Of a stretch of DNA of 64,000 bases, positions 34,901 through 47,460 are shown piece after piece. The notes under the pieces were generated by a model that was not told the origin of the DNA, did not search any database, and worked only from the letters and a program-made list of their open reading frames with translations. How positions within the stretch are numbered: the stretch's first letter is position 1; each line of letters begins with the position of its first letter. The DNA lies in the NCBI GenBank assembly GCA_964016885.1, contig OZ024740.1:313038001-313102000 (forward strand), in the 5' to 3' direction. The position numbers were made by a program, and so were the translations under genes. This DNA is from Eledone cirrhosa (Eukaryota).

Positions 34901-37900
34901 AGTCAGGATTGTTGTATCAATCAAGTACATGGACCCTGACACAAGCACTTGAGTCAGGGTTGTTGTATCAATCAAGTACATGGACCCTGACACAAGCACT
35001 TGAGTCAGGGTTGTTGTATCAATCAAGTACATGGACTCTGACACAAGCACTTGAGTCAGGGTTGTTGTATCAATCAAGTACATGGAACCTGACACAAGCA
35101 CTTGAGTCAGGGTTGTTGTATCAATCAAGTACATGGACCCTGACACAAACACTTGAGTCAGTGTTGTTGTATGGATCAGGTACATGGACTCTGACACAAG
35201 CACTTGAGTGAGGGTTGTTGTATGGATCAGGTACATGGACCCTGACACAAGCACTTGAGTCAGGGTTGTTGTATCGATCAAATACATGGACTCTGACACA
35301 AGCACTTGAGTCAGGGTTGTTGTATCAATCAAGTACATGGACCCTGACACAAGCACTTGAGTCAGGGTTGTTGTATCAATCAAGTACATGGACTCTGACA
35401 CAAGCACTTGAGTCAGGGTTGTTGTATCAATCAAGTACATGGACTCTGATACAAGCACTTGAGTCAGGGTTGTTGTATGGATCAGGTACATGGACTCTGA
35501 CACAAGCACTTGAGTCAGTGTTATTGTATGGATCAGGTACATGGACTCTGACACAAGCACTTGAGTCAGTGTTGTTGTATCTATCAAGTACATGGACTCT
35601 GACACAAGCACTTGAGTCAGGGTTGTTGTATCAATCAAGTACATGGACCCTGACACAAGCACTTGAGTCAGGGTTGTTGTATCAATCGAGTACATGGACC
35701 CTGACACAAGCACTTGAGTCAGGGTTGTTGTATCAATCAAGTACATGGACCCTGACACAAGCACTTGAGTCAGGGTTTGCTTGTGTCAGGGTTGTTGTAT
35801 CAATCAAGTACATGGACTCTGACACAAGCACTTGAGTCAGGGTTGTTGTATGGATCAGGTACATGGACCCTGACACAAGCACTTGAGTCTGTGTTGTTGT
35901 ATCAATCAAGTACATGGACCCTGACACAAGCACTTGAGTCAGGGTTGTTGTATCAATCAAGTACATGGACTCTGACACAAGCACTTGAGTCAGGGTTGTT
36001 GTATCAATCAAGTACATGGACTCTGATACAAGCACTTGAGTCAGGGTTGTTGTATGGATCAGGTACATGGACTCTGACACAAGCACTTGAGTCAGTGTTA
36101 TTGTATGGATCAGGTACATGGACTCTGACACAAGCACTTGAGTCAGTGTTGTTGTATCTATCAAGTACATGGACTCTGACACAAGCACTTGAGTCAGGGT
36201 TGTTGTATCAATCAAGTACATGGACCCTGACACAAGCACTTGAGTCAGGGTTGTTGTATCAATCAAGTACATGGACCCTGACACAAGCACTTGAGTCAGG
36301 GCTGTTGTATCAATCAAGTACATGGACCCTGACACAAGCACTTGAGTCAGGGTTTGCTTGTGTCAGGGTTGTTGTATCAATCAAGTACATGGACTCTGAC
36401 ACAAGCACTTGAGTCAGGGTTGTTGTATCAATCAAGTACATGGAGTCTGATACAAGCACTTGAGTCAGGGTTGTTGTATCAATCAAGTACATGGAGTCTG
36501 ATACAAGCACTTGAGTCAGGGTTGTTGTATCAATCAAGTACATTGAGCCTGATACAAGCACTTGAGTCAGGGTTGTTGTATCAATCAAGTACATGGACTC
36601 TGACACAAGCACCTGAGTCAGGGTTGTTGTATGGATCAGGTACATGGACCCTGACACAAGCACTTGAGTCAGTGTTGTTGTATGCATCAGGTACATGGAC
36701 TCTGACACAAGCACTTGAGTCAGGGTTGTTGTATGGATCAAGTACATGGACCCTGACACAAGCACTTGAGTCAGGGTTGTTGTATCAATCAAGTACATGG
36801 ACTCTGACACAAGCACTTGAGTCAGGATTGTTGTATCGATCAAATACATGGACCCTGACACAAGCACTTGAGTCAGGGTTGTTGTATCAATCAAGTACAT
36901 GGACCCTGACACAAGCACTTGAGTCAGGGTTGTTGTATCAATCAAGTACACGGACCCTGACACAAGCACTTGAGTCAGTGTTGTTGTATCAATCAGGTAC
37001 ATGGATCCTGACACAAGCACTTGAGTCAGGGTTGTTGTATCAATCAAGTACATGGACCCTGACACAAGCACTTGAGTCAGGGTTGTTGTATCAATCAAGT
37101 ACATGGACCCTGACACAAGCACTTGAGTCAGGGTTGTTGTATCAATCAAGTACATGGACCCTGACACAAGCACTTGAGTCAGTGTTGTTGTATGGATCAG
37201 GTACATGGACCCTGACACAAGCACTTGAGTCAGGGTTGTTGTATCGATCAAATACATGGACTCTGACACAAGCACTTGAGTCAGTGTTGTTGTATGGATC
37301 AGGTACATGGACCCTGACACAAGCACTTGAGTCAGGGTTGTTGTATCAATCAAGTACATGGACTCTGATACAAGCACTTGAGTCAGGGTTGTTGTATGGA
37401 TCAGGTACATGGACCCTGACACAAGCACTTGAGTCAGGATCTTGTATCGATCAAATACATGGACTCTGACACAAGCACTTGAGTCAGTGTTGTTGTATCA
37501 ATCAAGTACATGGACTCTGACACAAGTACTTGAGTCAGTGTTGTTGTATCAATCAAGTACATGGACTCTGACACAAGCACTTGAGTCAGGGTTGTTGTAT
37601 GGATCAAGTACATGGACCCTGACACAAGCACTTGAGTCAGGGTTGTTGTATCAATCAAGTACATGGACCCTGACACAAGCACTTGAGTCAGGGTTGTTGT
37701 ATCAATCAAGTACATGGATTCTGACACAAGCACTTGAGTCAGGATTGTTGTATCAATCAAGTACATGGACCCTGACACAAGCACTTGAGTGAGGGTTGTT
37801 GTATCAATCAAGTACATGGACCCTGACACAAGCACTTGAGTCAGGGTTGTTGTATCAATCAAGTACATGGACTCTGACACAAGCACTTGAGTCAGGGTTG

Positions 37901-40900
37901 TTGTATCAATCAAGTACATGGAACCTGACACAAGCACTTGAGTCAGGGTTGTTGTATCAATCAAGTACATGGACCCTGACACAAACACTTGAGTCAGTGT
38001 TGTGGTATGGATCAGGTACATGGACTCTGACACAAGCACTTGAGTCAGTGTTGTTGTATCTATCAAGTACATGGACTCTGACACAAGCACTTGAGTCAGG
38101 GTTGTTGTATCACTCAAGTACATGGACCCTGACACAAGCACTTGAGTCAGGGTTGTTGTATCAATCAAGTACATGGACCCTGACACAAGCACTTGAGTCA
38201 GGGTTGTTGTATCAATCAAGTACATGGACCCTGACACAAGCACTTGAGTCAGGGTTTGCTTGTGTCAGGGTTGTTGTATCAATCAAGTACATGGACTCTG
38301 ACACAAGCACTTGAGTCAGGGTTGTTGTATCAATCAAGTACATGGAGTCTGATACAAGCACTTGAGTCAGGGTTGTTGTATCAATCAAGTACATGGAGTC
38401 TGATACAAGCACTTGAGTCAGGGTTGTTGTATCAATCAAGTACATGGAGTCTGATACAAGCACTTGAGTCAGGGTTGTTGTATCAATCAAGTACATGGAC
38501 TCTGACACAAGCACTTGAGTCAGGGTTGTTGTATGGATCAGGTACATGGACCCTGACACAAGCACTTGAGTCAGTGTTGTTGTATGGATCAGGTACATGG
38601 ACTCTGACACAAGCACTTGAGTCAGGGTTGTTGTATGGATCAAGTACATGGACCCTGACACAAGCACTTGAGTCAGAGTTGTTGTATCAATCAAGTACAT
38701 GGACTCTGACACAAGCACTTGAGTCAGGGTTGTTGTATCAATCAAGTACATGGAGTCTGATACAAGCACTTGAGTCAGGGTTGTTGTATCAATCAAGTAC
38801 ATGGAGTCTGATACAAGCACTTGAGTCAGGGTTGTTGTATCAATCAAGTACATGGAGTCTGATACAAGCACTTGAGTCAGGGTTGTTGTATCAATCAAGT
38901 ACATGGAGCCTGACACAAGCACTTGAGTCAGGGTTGTTGTATCAATCAAGTACATGGACTCTGACACAAGCACTTTAGTCAGGGTTGTTGTATGGATCAG
39001 GTACATGGACCCTGACACAAGCACTTGAGTCAGGGTTGTTGTATGGATCAGGTACATGGACCCTGACACAAGCACTTGAGTCAGGGTTGTTGTATCGATC
39101 AAATACATGGACTCTGACACAAGCACTTGAGTCAGGGTTGTTGTATCAATCAAGTACATGGACCCTGACACAAGCACTTGAGTCAGGGTTGTTGTATCAA
39201 TCAAGTACATGGACTCTGACACAAGCACTTGAGTCAGGGTTGTTGTATCAATCAAGTACATGGACTCTGATACAAGCACTTGAGTCAGGGTTGTTGTATG
39301 GATCAGGTACATGGACTCTGACACAAGCACTTGAGTCAGTGTTATTGTATGGATCAGGTACATGGACTCTGACACAAGCACTTGAGTCAGTGTTGTTGTA
39401 TCTATCAAGTACATGGACTCTGACACAAGCACTTGAGTCAGGGTTGTTGTATCAATCAAGTACATGGACCCTGACACAAGCACTTGAGTCAGGGTTGTTG
39501 TATCAATCAAGTACATGGACCCTGACACAAGCACTTGAGTCAGGGCTGTTGTATCAATCAAGTACATGGACCCTGACACAAGCACTTGAGTCAGGGTTTG
39601 CTTGTGTCAGGGTTGTTGTATCAATCAAGTACATGGACTCTGACACAAGCACTTGAGTCAGGGTTGTTGTATCAATCAAGTACATGGAGTCTGATACAAG
39701 CACTTGAGTCAGGGTTGTTGTATCAATCAAGTACATGGAGTCTGATACAAGCACTTGAGTCAGGGTTGTTGTATCAATCAAGTACATTGAGCCTGATACA
39801 AGCACTTGAGTCAGGGTTGTTGTATCAATCAAGTACATGGACTCTGACACAAGCACCTGAGTCAGGGTTGTTGTATGGATCAGGTACATGGACCCTGACA
39901 CAAGCACTTGAGTCAGTGTTGTTGTATGCATCAGGTACATGGACTCTGACACAAGCACTTGAGTCAGGGTTGTTGTATGGATCAAGTACATGGACCCTGA
40001 CACAAGCACTTGAGTCAGGGTTGTTGTATCAATCAAGTACATGGACTCTGACACAAGCACTTGAGTCAGGATTGTTGTATCGATCAAATACATGGACCCT
40101 GACACAAGCACTTGAGTCAGGGTTGTTGTATCAATCAAGTACATGGACCCTGACACAAGCACTTGAGTCAGGGTTGTTGTATCAATCAAGTACACGGACC
40201 CTGACACAAGCACTTGAGTCAGTGTTGTTGTATCAATCAGGTACATGGATCCTGACACAAGCACTTGAGTCAGGGTTGTTGTATCAATCAAGTACATGGA
40301 CCCTGACACAAGCACTTGAGTCAGGGTTGTTGTATCAATCAAGTACATGGACCCTGACACAAGCACTTGAGTCAGGGTTGTTGTATCAATCAAGTACATG
40401 GACCCTGACACAAGCACTTGAGTCAGTGTTGTTGTATGGATCAGGTACATGGACCCTGACACAAGCACTTGAGTCAGGGTTGTTGCATCGATCAAATACA
40501 TGGACTCTGACACAAGCACTTGAGTCAGTGTTGTTGTATGGATCAGGTACATGGACCCTGACACAAGCACTTGAGTCAGGGTTGTTGTATCAATCAAGTA
40601 CATGGACTCTGATACAAGCACTTGAGTCAGGGTTGTTGTATGGATCAGGTACATGGACCCTGACACAAGCACTTGAGTCAGGATCGTTGTATCGATCAAA
40701 TACATGGACTCTGACACAAGCACTTGAGTCAGTGTTGTTGTATCAATCAAGTACATGGACTCTGACACAAGTACTTGAGTCAGTGTTGTTGTATCAATCA
40801 AGTACATGGACTCTGACACAAGCACTTGAGTCAGGGTTGTTGTATGGATCAAGTACATGGACCCTGACACAAGCACTTGAGTCAGGGTTGTTGTATCAAT

Positions 40901-43900
40901 CAAGTACATGGACCCTGACACAAGCACTTGAGTCAGGGTTGTTGTATCAATCAAGTACATGGATTCTGACACAAGCACTTGAGTCAGGATTGTTGTATCA
41001 TTCAAGTACATGGACTCTGACACAAGCACTTGAGTCAGGGTTGTTCTATGGATCAGGTACATGGACCCTGACACAAGCACTTGAGTCAGGATTGTTGTAT
41101 CGATCAAATACATGGACCCTGACACAAGCACTTGAGTCAGGGTTGTTGTATCAATCAAGTACATGGAACCTGACACAAGCACTTGAGTCAGGGTTGTTGT
41201 ATCAATCAAGTACATGGATTCTGACACAAGCACTTGAGTCAGGATTGTTGTATCAATCAAGTACATGGACCCTGACACAAGCACTTGAGTCAGGGTTGTT
41301 GTATCAATCAAGTACATGGACCCTGACACAAGCACTTGAGTCAGGGTTGTTGTATCAATCAAGTACATGGACTCTGACACAAGCACTTGAGTCAGGGTTG
41401 TTGTATCAATCAAGTACATGGAACCTGACACAAGCACTTGAGTCAGGGTTGTTGTATCAATCAAGTACATGGACCCTGACACAAACACTTGAGTCAGTGT
41501 TGTGGTATGGATCAGGTACATGGACTCTGACACAAGCACTTGAGTCAGTGTTGTTGTATCTATCAAGTACATGGACTCTGACACAAGCACTTGAGTCAGG
41601 GTTGTTGTATCACTCAAGTACATGGACCCTGACACAAGCACTTGAGTCAGGGTTGTTGTATCAATCAAGTACATGGACCCTGACACAAGCACTTGAGTCA
41701 GGGTTGTTGTATCAATCAAGTACATGGACCCTGACACAAGCACTTGAGTCAGGGTTTGCTTGTGTCAGGGTTGTTGTATCAATCAAGTACATGGACTCTG
41801 ACACAAGCACTTGAGTCAGGGTTGTTGTATCAATCAAGTACATGGAGTCTGATACAAGCACTTGAGTCAGGGTTGTTGTATCAATCAAGTACATGGAGTC
41901 TGATACAAGCACTTGAGTCAGGGTTGTTGTATCAATCAAGTACATGGAGTCTGATACAAGCACTTGAGTCAGGGTTGTTGTATCAATCAAGTACATGGAC
42001 TCTGTCACAAGCACTTGAGTCAGGGTTGTTGTATGGATCAGGTACATGGACCCTGACACAAGCACTTGAGTCAGTGTTGTTGTATGGATCAGGTACATGG
42101 ACTCTGACACAAGCACTTGAGTCAGGGTTGTTGTATGGATCAAGTACATGGACCCTGACACAAGCACTTGAGTCAGAGTTGTTGTATCAATCAAGTACAT
42201 GGACTCTGACACAAGCACTTGAGTCAGGGTTGTTGTATCAATCAAGTACATGGAGTCTGATACAAGCACTTGAGTCAGGGTTGTTGTATCAATCAAGTAC
42301 ATGGAGTCTGATACAAGCACTTGAGTCAGGGTTGTTGTATCAATCAAGTACATGGAGTCTGATACAAGCACTTGAGTCAGGGTTGTTGTATCAATCAAGT
42401 ACATGGAGCCTGACACAAGCACTTGAGTCAGGGTTGTTGCATCGATCAAATACATGGACTCTGACACAAGCACTTGAGTCAGTGTTGTTGTATGGATCAG
42501 GTACATGGACCCTGACACAAGCACTTGAGTCAGGGTTGTTGTATCAATCAAGTACATGGACTCTGATACAAGCACTTGAGTCAGGGTTGTTGTATGGATC
42601 AGGTACATGGACCCTGACACAAGCACTTGAGTCAGGATCGTTGTATCGATCAAATACATGGACTCTGACACAAGCACTTGAGTCAGTGTTGTTGTATCAA
42701 TCAAGTACATGGACTCTGACACAAGTACTTGAGTCAGTGTTGTTGTATCAATCAAGTACATGGACTCTGACACAAGCACTTGAGTCAGGGTTGTTGTATG
42801 GATCAAGTACATGGACCCTGACACAAGCACTTGAGTCAGGGTTGTTGTATCAATCAAGTACATGGACCCTGACACAAGCACTTGAGTCAGGGTTGTTGTA
42901 TCAATCAAGTACATGGATTCTGACACAAGCACTTGAGTCAGGATTGTTGTATCATTCAAGTACATGGACTCTGACACAAGCACTTGAGTCAGGGTTGTTC
43001 TATGGATCAGGTACATGGACCCTGACACAAGCACTTGAGTCAGGATTGTTGTATCGATCAAATACATGGACCCTGACACAAGCACTTGAGTCAGGGTTGT
43101 TGTATCAATCAAGTACATGGAACCTGACACAAGCACTTGAGTCAGGGTTGTTGTATCAATCAAGTACATGGATTCTGACACAAGCACTTGAGTCAGGATT
43201 GTTGTATCAATCAAGTACATGGACCCTGACACAAGCACTTGAGTCAGGGTTGTTGTATCAATCAAGTACATGGACCCTGACACAAGCACTTGAGTCAGGG
43301 TTGTTGTATCAATCAAGTACATGGACTCTGACACAAGCACTTGAGTCAGGGTTGTTGTATCAATCAAGTACATGGAACCTGACACAAGCACTTGAGTCAG
43401 GGTTGTTGTATCAATCAAGTACATGGACCCTGACACAAACACTTGAGTCAGTGTTGTGGTATGGATCAGGTACATGGACTCTGACACAAGCACTTGAGTC
43501 AGTGTTGTTGTATCTATCAAGTACATGGACTCTGACACAAGCACTTGAGTCAGGGTTGTTGTATCACTCAAGTACATGGACCCTGACACAAGCACTTGAG
43601 TCAGGGTTGTTGTATCAATCAAGTACATGGACCCTGACACAAGCACTTGAGTCAGGGTTGTTGTATCAATCAAGTACATGGACCCTGACACAAGCACTTG
43701 AGTCAGGGTTGTTGTATCAATCAAGTACATGGAGTCTGATACAAGCACTTGAGTCAGGGTTGTTGTATCAATCAAGTACATGGAGTCTGATACAAGCACT
43801 TGAGTCAGGGTTGTTGTATCAATCAAGTACATGGAGTCTGATACAAGCACTTGAGTCAGGGTTGTTGTATCAATCAAGTACATGGAGTCTGATACAAGCA

Positions 43901-45895
43901 CTTGAGTCAGGGTTGTTGTATCAATCAAGTACATGGACTCTGACACAAGCACTTGAGTCAGGGTTGTTGTATGGATCAGGTACATGGACCCTGACACAAG
44001 CACTTGAGTCAGTGTTGTTGTATGGATCAGGTACATGGACTCTGACACAAGCACTTGAGTCAGGGTTGTTGTATGGATCAAGTACATGGACCCTGACACA
44101 AGCACTTGAGTCAGAGTTGTTGTATCAATCAAGTACATGGACTCTGACACAAGCACTTGAGTCAGGGTTGTTGTATCAATCAAGTACATGGAGTCTGATA
44201 CAAGCACTTGAGTCAGGGTTGTTGTATCAATCAAGTACATGGAGTCTGATACAAGCACTTGAGTCAGGGTTGTTGTATCAATCAAGTACATGGAGTCTGA
44301 TACAAGCACTTGAGTCAGGGTTGTTGTATCAATCAAGTACATGGAGCCTGACACAAGCACTTGAGTCAGGGTTGTTGTATCAATCAAGTACATGGACTCT
44401 GACACAAGCACTTTAGTCAGGGTTGTTGTATGGATCAGGTACATGGACCCTGACACAAGCACTTGAGTCAGGGTTGTTGTATCAATCAAGTACATGGAGC
44501 CTGACACAAGCACTTGAGTCAGGGTTGTTGTATCAATCAAGTACATGGACCCTGACACAAGCACTTGAGTCAGGATTGTTGTATCAATCAAGTACATGGA
44601 CTCTGACACAAGCACTTGAGTCAGGGTTGTTGTATCAATCAAGTACATGGACTCTGACACAAGCACTTGAGTCAGGGTTGTTGTATCAATCAAGTACATG
44701 GACTCTGATACAAGCACTTGAGTCAGTGTTGTTGTATCAATCAAGTACATGGACCTGACACAAGCACTTGAGTCAGGGTTGTTGTATCAATCAAGTACAT
44801 GGACCCTGACACAAGCACTTGAGTCAGGATTGTTGTATCAATCAAGTACATGGACCCTGACACAAGCACTTGAGTCAGGGTTGTTGTATGGATCAGGTAC
44901 ATGGACCCTGACACAAGCACTTGAGTCAGTATTGTTGTATGGATCAGGTACATGGACCCTGACACAAGCACCTGAGTCAGGGTTGTTGTATCAATCAAGT
45001 ACATGGAGTCTGATACAAGCACTTGAGTCAGTGTTGTTGTATCAATCAAGTACATGGACTCTGACACAAGCACTTGACTCAGTGTTGTTGTATGGACCAG
45101 GTACATGGACTCTGACACAAGCATTTGAGTCAGTGTTGTTGTATCAATCAAGTACATGGACTCTGATACAAGCACTTGAGTCAGTGTTGTTGTATCAATC
45201 AAGTACATGGACTCTGACACAAGCACTTGAGTCAGGGTTGTTGTATGGATCAGGTACATTGAGCCTGACATAAGCACTTGAGTCAGGGTTGTTGTATCAA
45301 TCAAGTACATAGAGCCTGACACAAGCACTTGAGTCAGGGTTGTTGTATCAATCAAGTACATGGAGCCTGACACAAGCACTTGAGTCAGGGTTGTTGTATC
45401 AATCAAGTACATGGAGCCTGACACAAGCACTTGAGTCAGGGTTGTTGTATCAATCAAGTACATGGAGTCTGATACAAGCACTTGAGTCAGGGTTGTTGTA
45501 TGGATCAAGTACATGGAGCCTGACACAAGCACTTTAGAAGAAAAAAAATGGTGCATACACTGAAATATTTAGGGTTGTACAAAATATAAACTGGTGCCAA
45601 CGATTTACAAATGAAAGTTTATACAGAATCTTGCCCAAGATAACAACTACAATTACTGAAAGACAGTTATGGTTTGCAGGACATTGCTGAAGAAATAAGT
45701 AGGAAGTTATACACAAGCTACTGTTGTGGAAACCAACTCACAGGAGATGCAATAGATGAAGACCTACTCAGGCTTTCATTGATCAACTTTCAGGTGATGC
45801 AAACCTCATTAGGAGCAATGGAAAATCATGAATTGTGGAGAGATTTTGTCAGGAATGTTTGACGACTTTGGTCGCAATGATGATGATGGTGATGA
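7930..45895 (+). pseudogene. 5'-truncated RTE-type LINE remnant (post-RT C-terminal region) split by a 37.5-kb internal satellite
   Basis: Left flank from 7943 reads TISKVWAEMDNMERTWKSDLANKIKIPFF, then (+1 shift) VSVLLYGSGTWTLTQAL. Right flank from 45538 continues KKKNGAYTEIFRVVQNINWCQRFTNESLYRILPKITTTITERQLWFAGHC*RNK*EVIHKLLLWKPTHRRCNR*RPTQAFIDQL...GAMENHELWRDFVRNV*, with a (GAT)n tail at ~45877-45895. These match RTE motifs VLLYGSETWTL, RLRFAGH and GRP. Confidence 0.88.
8043..45537. repeat. 51-bp satellite array, ~733 monomers, with higher-order repeats
   Basis: Consensus GTTGTTGTATCAATCAAGTACATGGACTCTGACACAAGCACTTGAGTCAGG. 37,495 bp minus seven 16-bp insertions plus three 1-bp deletions (~34731, ~37442, ~44754) = 733x51+3, assuming no other indels. 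Confidence 0.99.
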
Positions 45896-45934
45896 GCATT
45901 ACATTGGTTAATCTGTCCTTTCCATTTAAAGGCG

Positions 45935-46010
45935 GTAGTGTGTGGTTTGAGATAATTTCATTGCTATTTCTAGCTGGTAGAACAACTGCGTGTAAATTCC
46001 TCACTAGCTA
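45935..46010 (+). mobile_element. Fragment of a second SINE-like family (also 50178-50242 minus and ~50860-51056 plus)
   Basis: Shared core GTG(T/A)..TTTGA......TT..TTGCTATTT.TAGC.GGT.GAAC.AC seen three times in the window. Confidence 0.5.
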
Positions 46011-46070
46011 GGTGGAGATAACTGCCGTGCTAACTTTGGTTCATAAGGACTTTACTAATTCAATCCTGAC

Positions 46071-46071
<1 letters not shown>

Positions 46072-46131
<60 letters not shown>
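46072..46131. repeat. (CA)n microsatellite
   Basis: Directly visible. Confidence 0.97.
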
Positions 46132-46136
<5 letters not shown>

Positions 46137-46154
46137 TATAAATTTATTATTATT

Positions 46155-46350
46155 AAGTGGATTGGCAGTATCGGTAGAGGGTACGACGCCATGCTTTGCA
46201 GCAAAGAATTACGGCCCTTTATGGTCTGAGTTCAAATCCCGCCGTCTTTTAACTTTGCCTTTCATCCATGCGGGGTCGATAAAATAAAGTACCAGTAATA
46301 CACTAGGATAGTTGCTGGCCTTGTGCCAAAAGTAGAAACAATTATTATTA
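46155..46350 (+). mobile_element. tRNA-derived SINE
   Basis: A-box-like TGGCAGTATCGG, B-box GAGTTCAAATC, core TTTGCCTTTCATCC...GTCGATAAAATAAAGTACCAGT, (TTA)n tail; ATTATTATTAAG on both sides (TSD-like). Confidence 0.85.
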
Positions 46351-46429
46351 AGGCTAAAAAGTAAGTCTTGTTACTCTAGAATTTCGCCTGTTTATCACAG
46401 GGTCATCAGATATATAGGGTCATCAGATA

Positions 46430-46976
46430 TACATACATACATGGTGGCTGCCAACTCATTTTCGAGTACGGCCACTACATAGTGCTGGGCCCATGGTACC
46501 ATGTGACGACAAGTGCAGAAAGATCTCCAGATATAAAGCAATGCCTGTGCCGTGAAGCTTTTATAGTGAGCAAAGGCACTGCACAAAGCCAGTCCCACTC
46601 TCTTAACCAAAATGATATTTACCAAAAAGAAGAACAAGTCAACATCATTGGATACCATCAGGGTTGCAGGTGTTATATCAGAGTTTTCCTTCTCCTAGAA
46701 TTCTGCCTTGACAAAGGCTAAGGGGTCATCTCTCCCGGTGATTTTGGATGGCCATTGACTCTTAAGAGCTCCTTTACTCTTTGATAGGTTTTGTTTTTAG
46801 TCCTGCAGGATGTCCAAAGTCACCCTCCTCACCAAGAAACCTTGGTGGGGTTGCCAGTTTAGTCGCCAACGACCCGACCATGAGACAGGTTGTACTGGGA
46901 TACATGTTACCAGTAGCACCAACTGGTGACCTGACATACATACATACATACATACATACATACATACATACATACA

Positions 46977-47005
<29 letters not shown>
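46430..47005. mobile_element. Probable interspersed repeat bounded by (CATA)n; (CATA)n tract at 46935-47004
   Basis: CATACATACAT at ~46431 and a long (CATA)n at the 3' side; GC-richer interior. Family not identified. Confidence 0.35.
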
Positions 47006-47007
<2 letters not shown>

Positions 47008-47349
47008 CGTACAAACATCTCTTATTTACTTGTGTGAAATTTGGGCCCTCTAAAAACATCGTCCTGCACGAAGAAATGATCAGAAGGACCCCAGTTAAAA
47101 GATTGGGTAAAGTATTTGAAAGTATTTGAAATATTACATAAGGGCAACTGAGAAAAAATGGTTTTCGTCACCTTCAGTGGAGAAACTGAATAAGGACAGT
47201 GTGGATGTTTTTGAAACAGTACGTAACTCTCACGCAGAATTTAAGGGAACTCGACGAAAACTCAAGATTTTGGAAATTGATGGGATGAACTTTGTCTGTG
47301 TGGCATTTGTGGTCGTATATTTCTTTCCAAGACTGGTTTAATTTATATA

Positions 47350-47460
47350 TACCGTATATACTCAAGTAATAGTCGATCTCATGTAAAAGTCGACCTCCTA
47401 TTTTGGGGCCAAAAAATATCTGGAATTTAACATAGACCTCGTATAAAAGTCGACCCTACT
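47350..47460 (+). mobile_element. Tc1/mariner (Tc2-like) DNA transposon left end
   Basis: TACCGTATATACTCAAGTAATAGTCGA resembles Tc2-type termini, followed by subterminal repeats TAAAAGTCGACC; no partner TIR found. Confidence 0.5.

Noticed and set aside
8043-45537. CRISPR array or C2H2 zinc-finger cluster
   Set aside because: No unique spacers or cas genes; the 17-aa period has no C2H2 pattern; the context is eukaryotic.
7921-45556. 5037-aa and 3602-aa ORFs called as genes
   Set aside because: They are antisense to a LINE-derived satellite, broken by recurrent indels, with no unique domain or signal peptide; kept only as a low-ranked finding.
46155-46350. tRNA gene
   Set aside because: A/B boxes are present but there is no cloverleaf; multi-copy with a SINE core and tail.
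47040-47345. Possible host exon (71-aa ORF)
   Set aside because: No recognisable domain or convincing splice-site pair.
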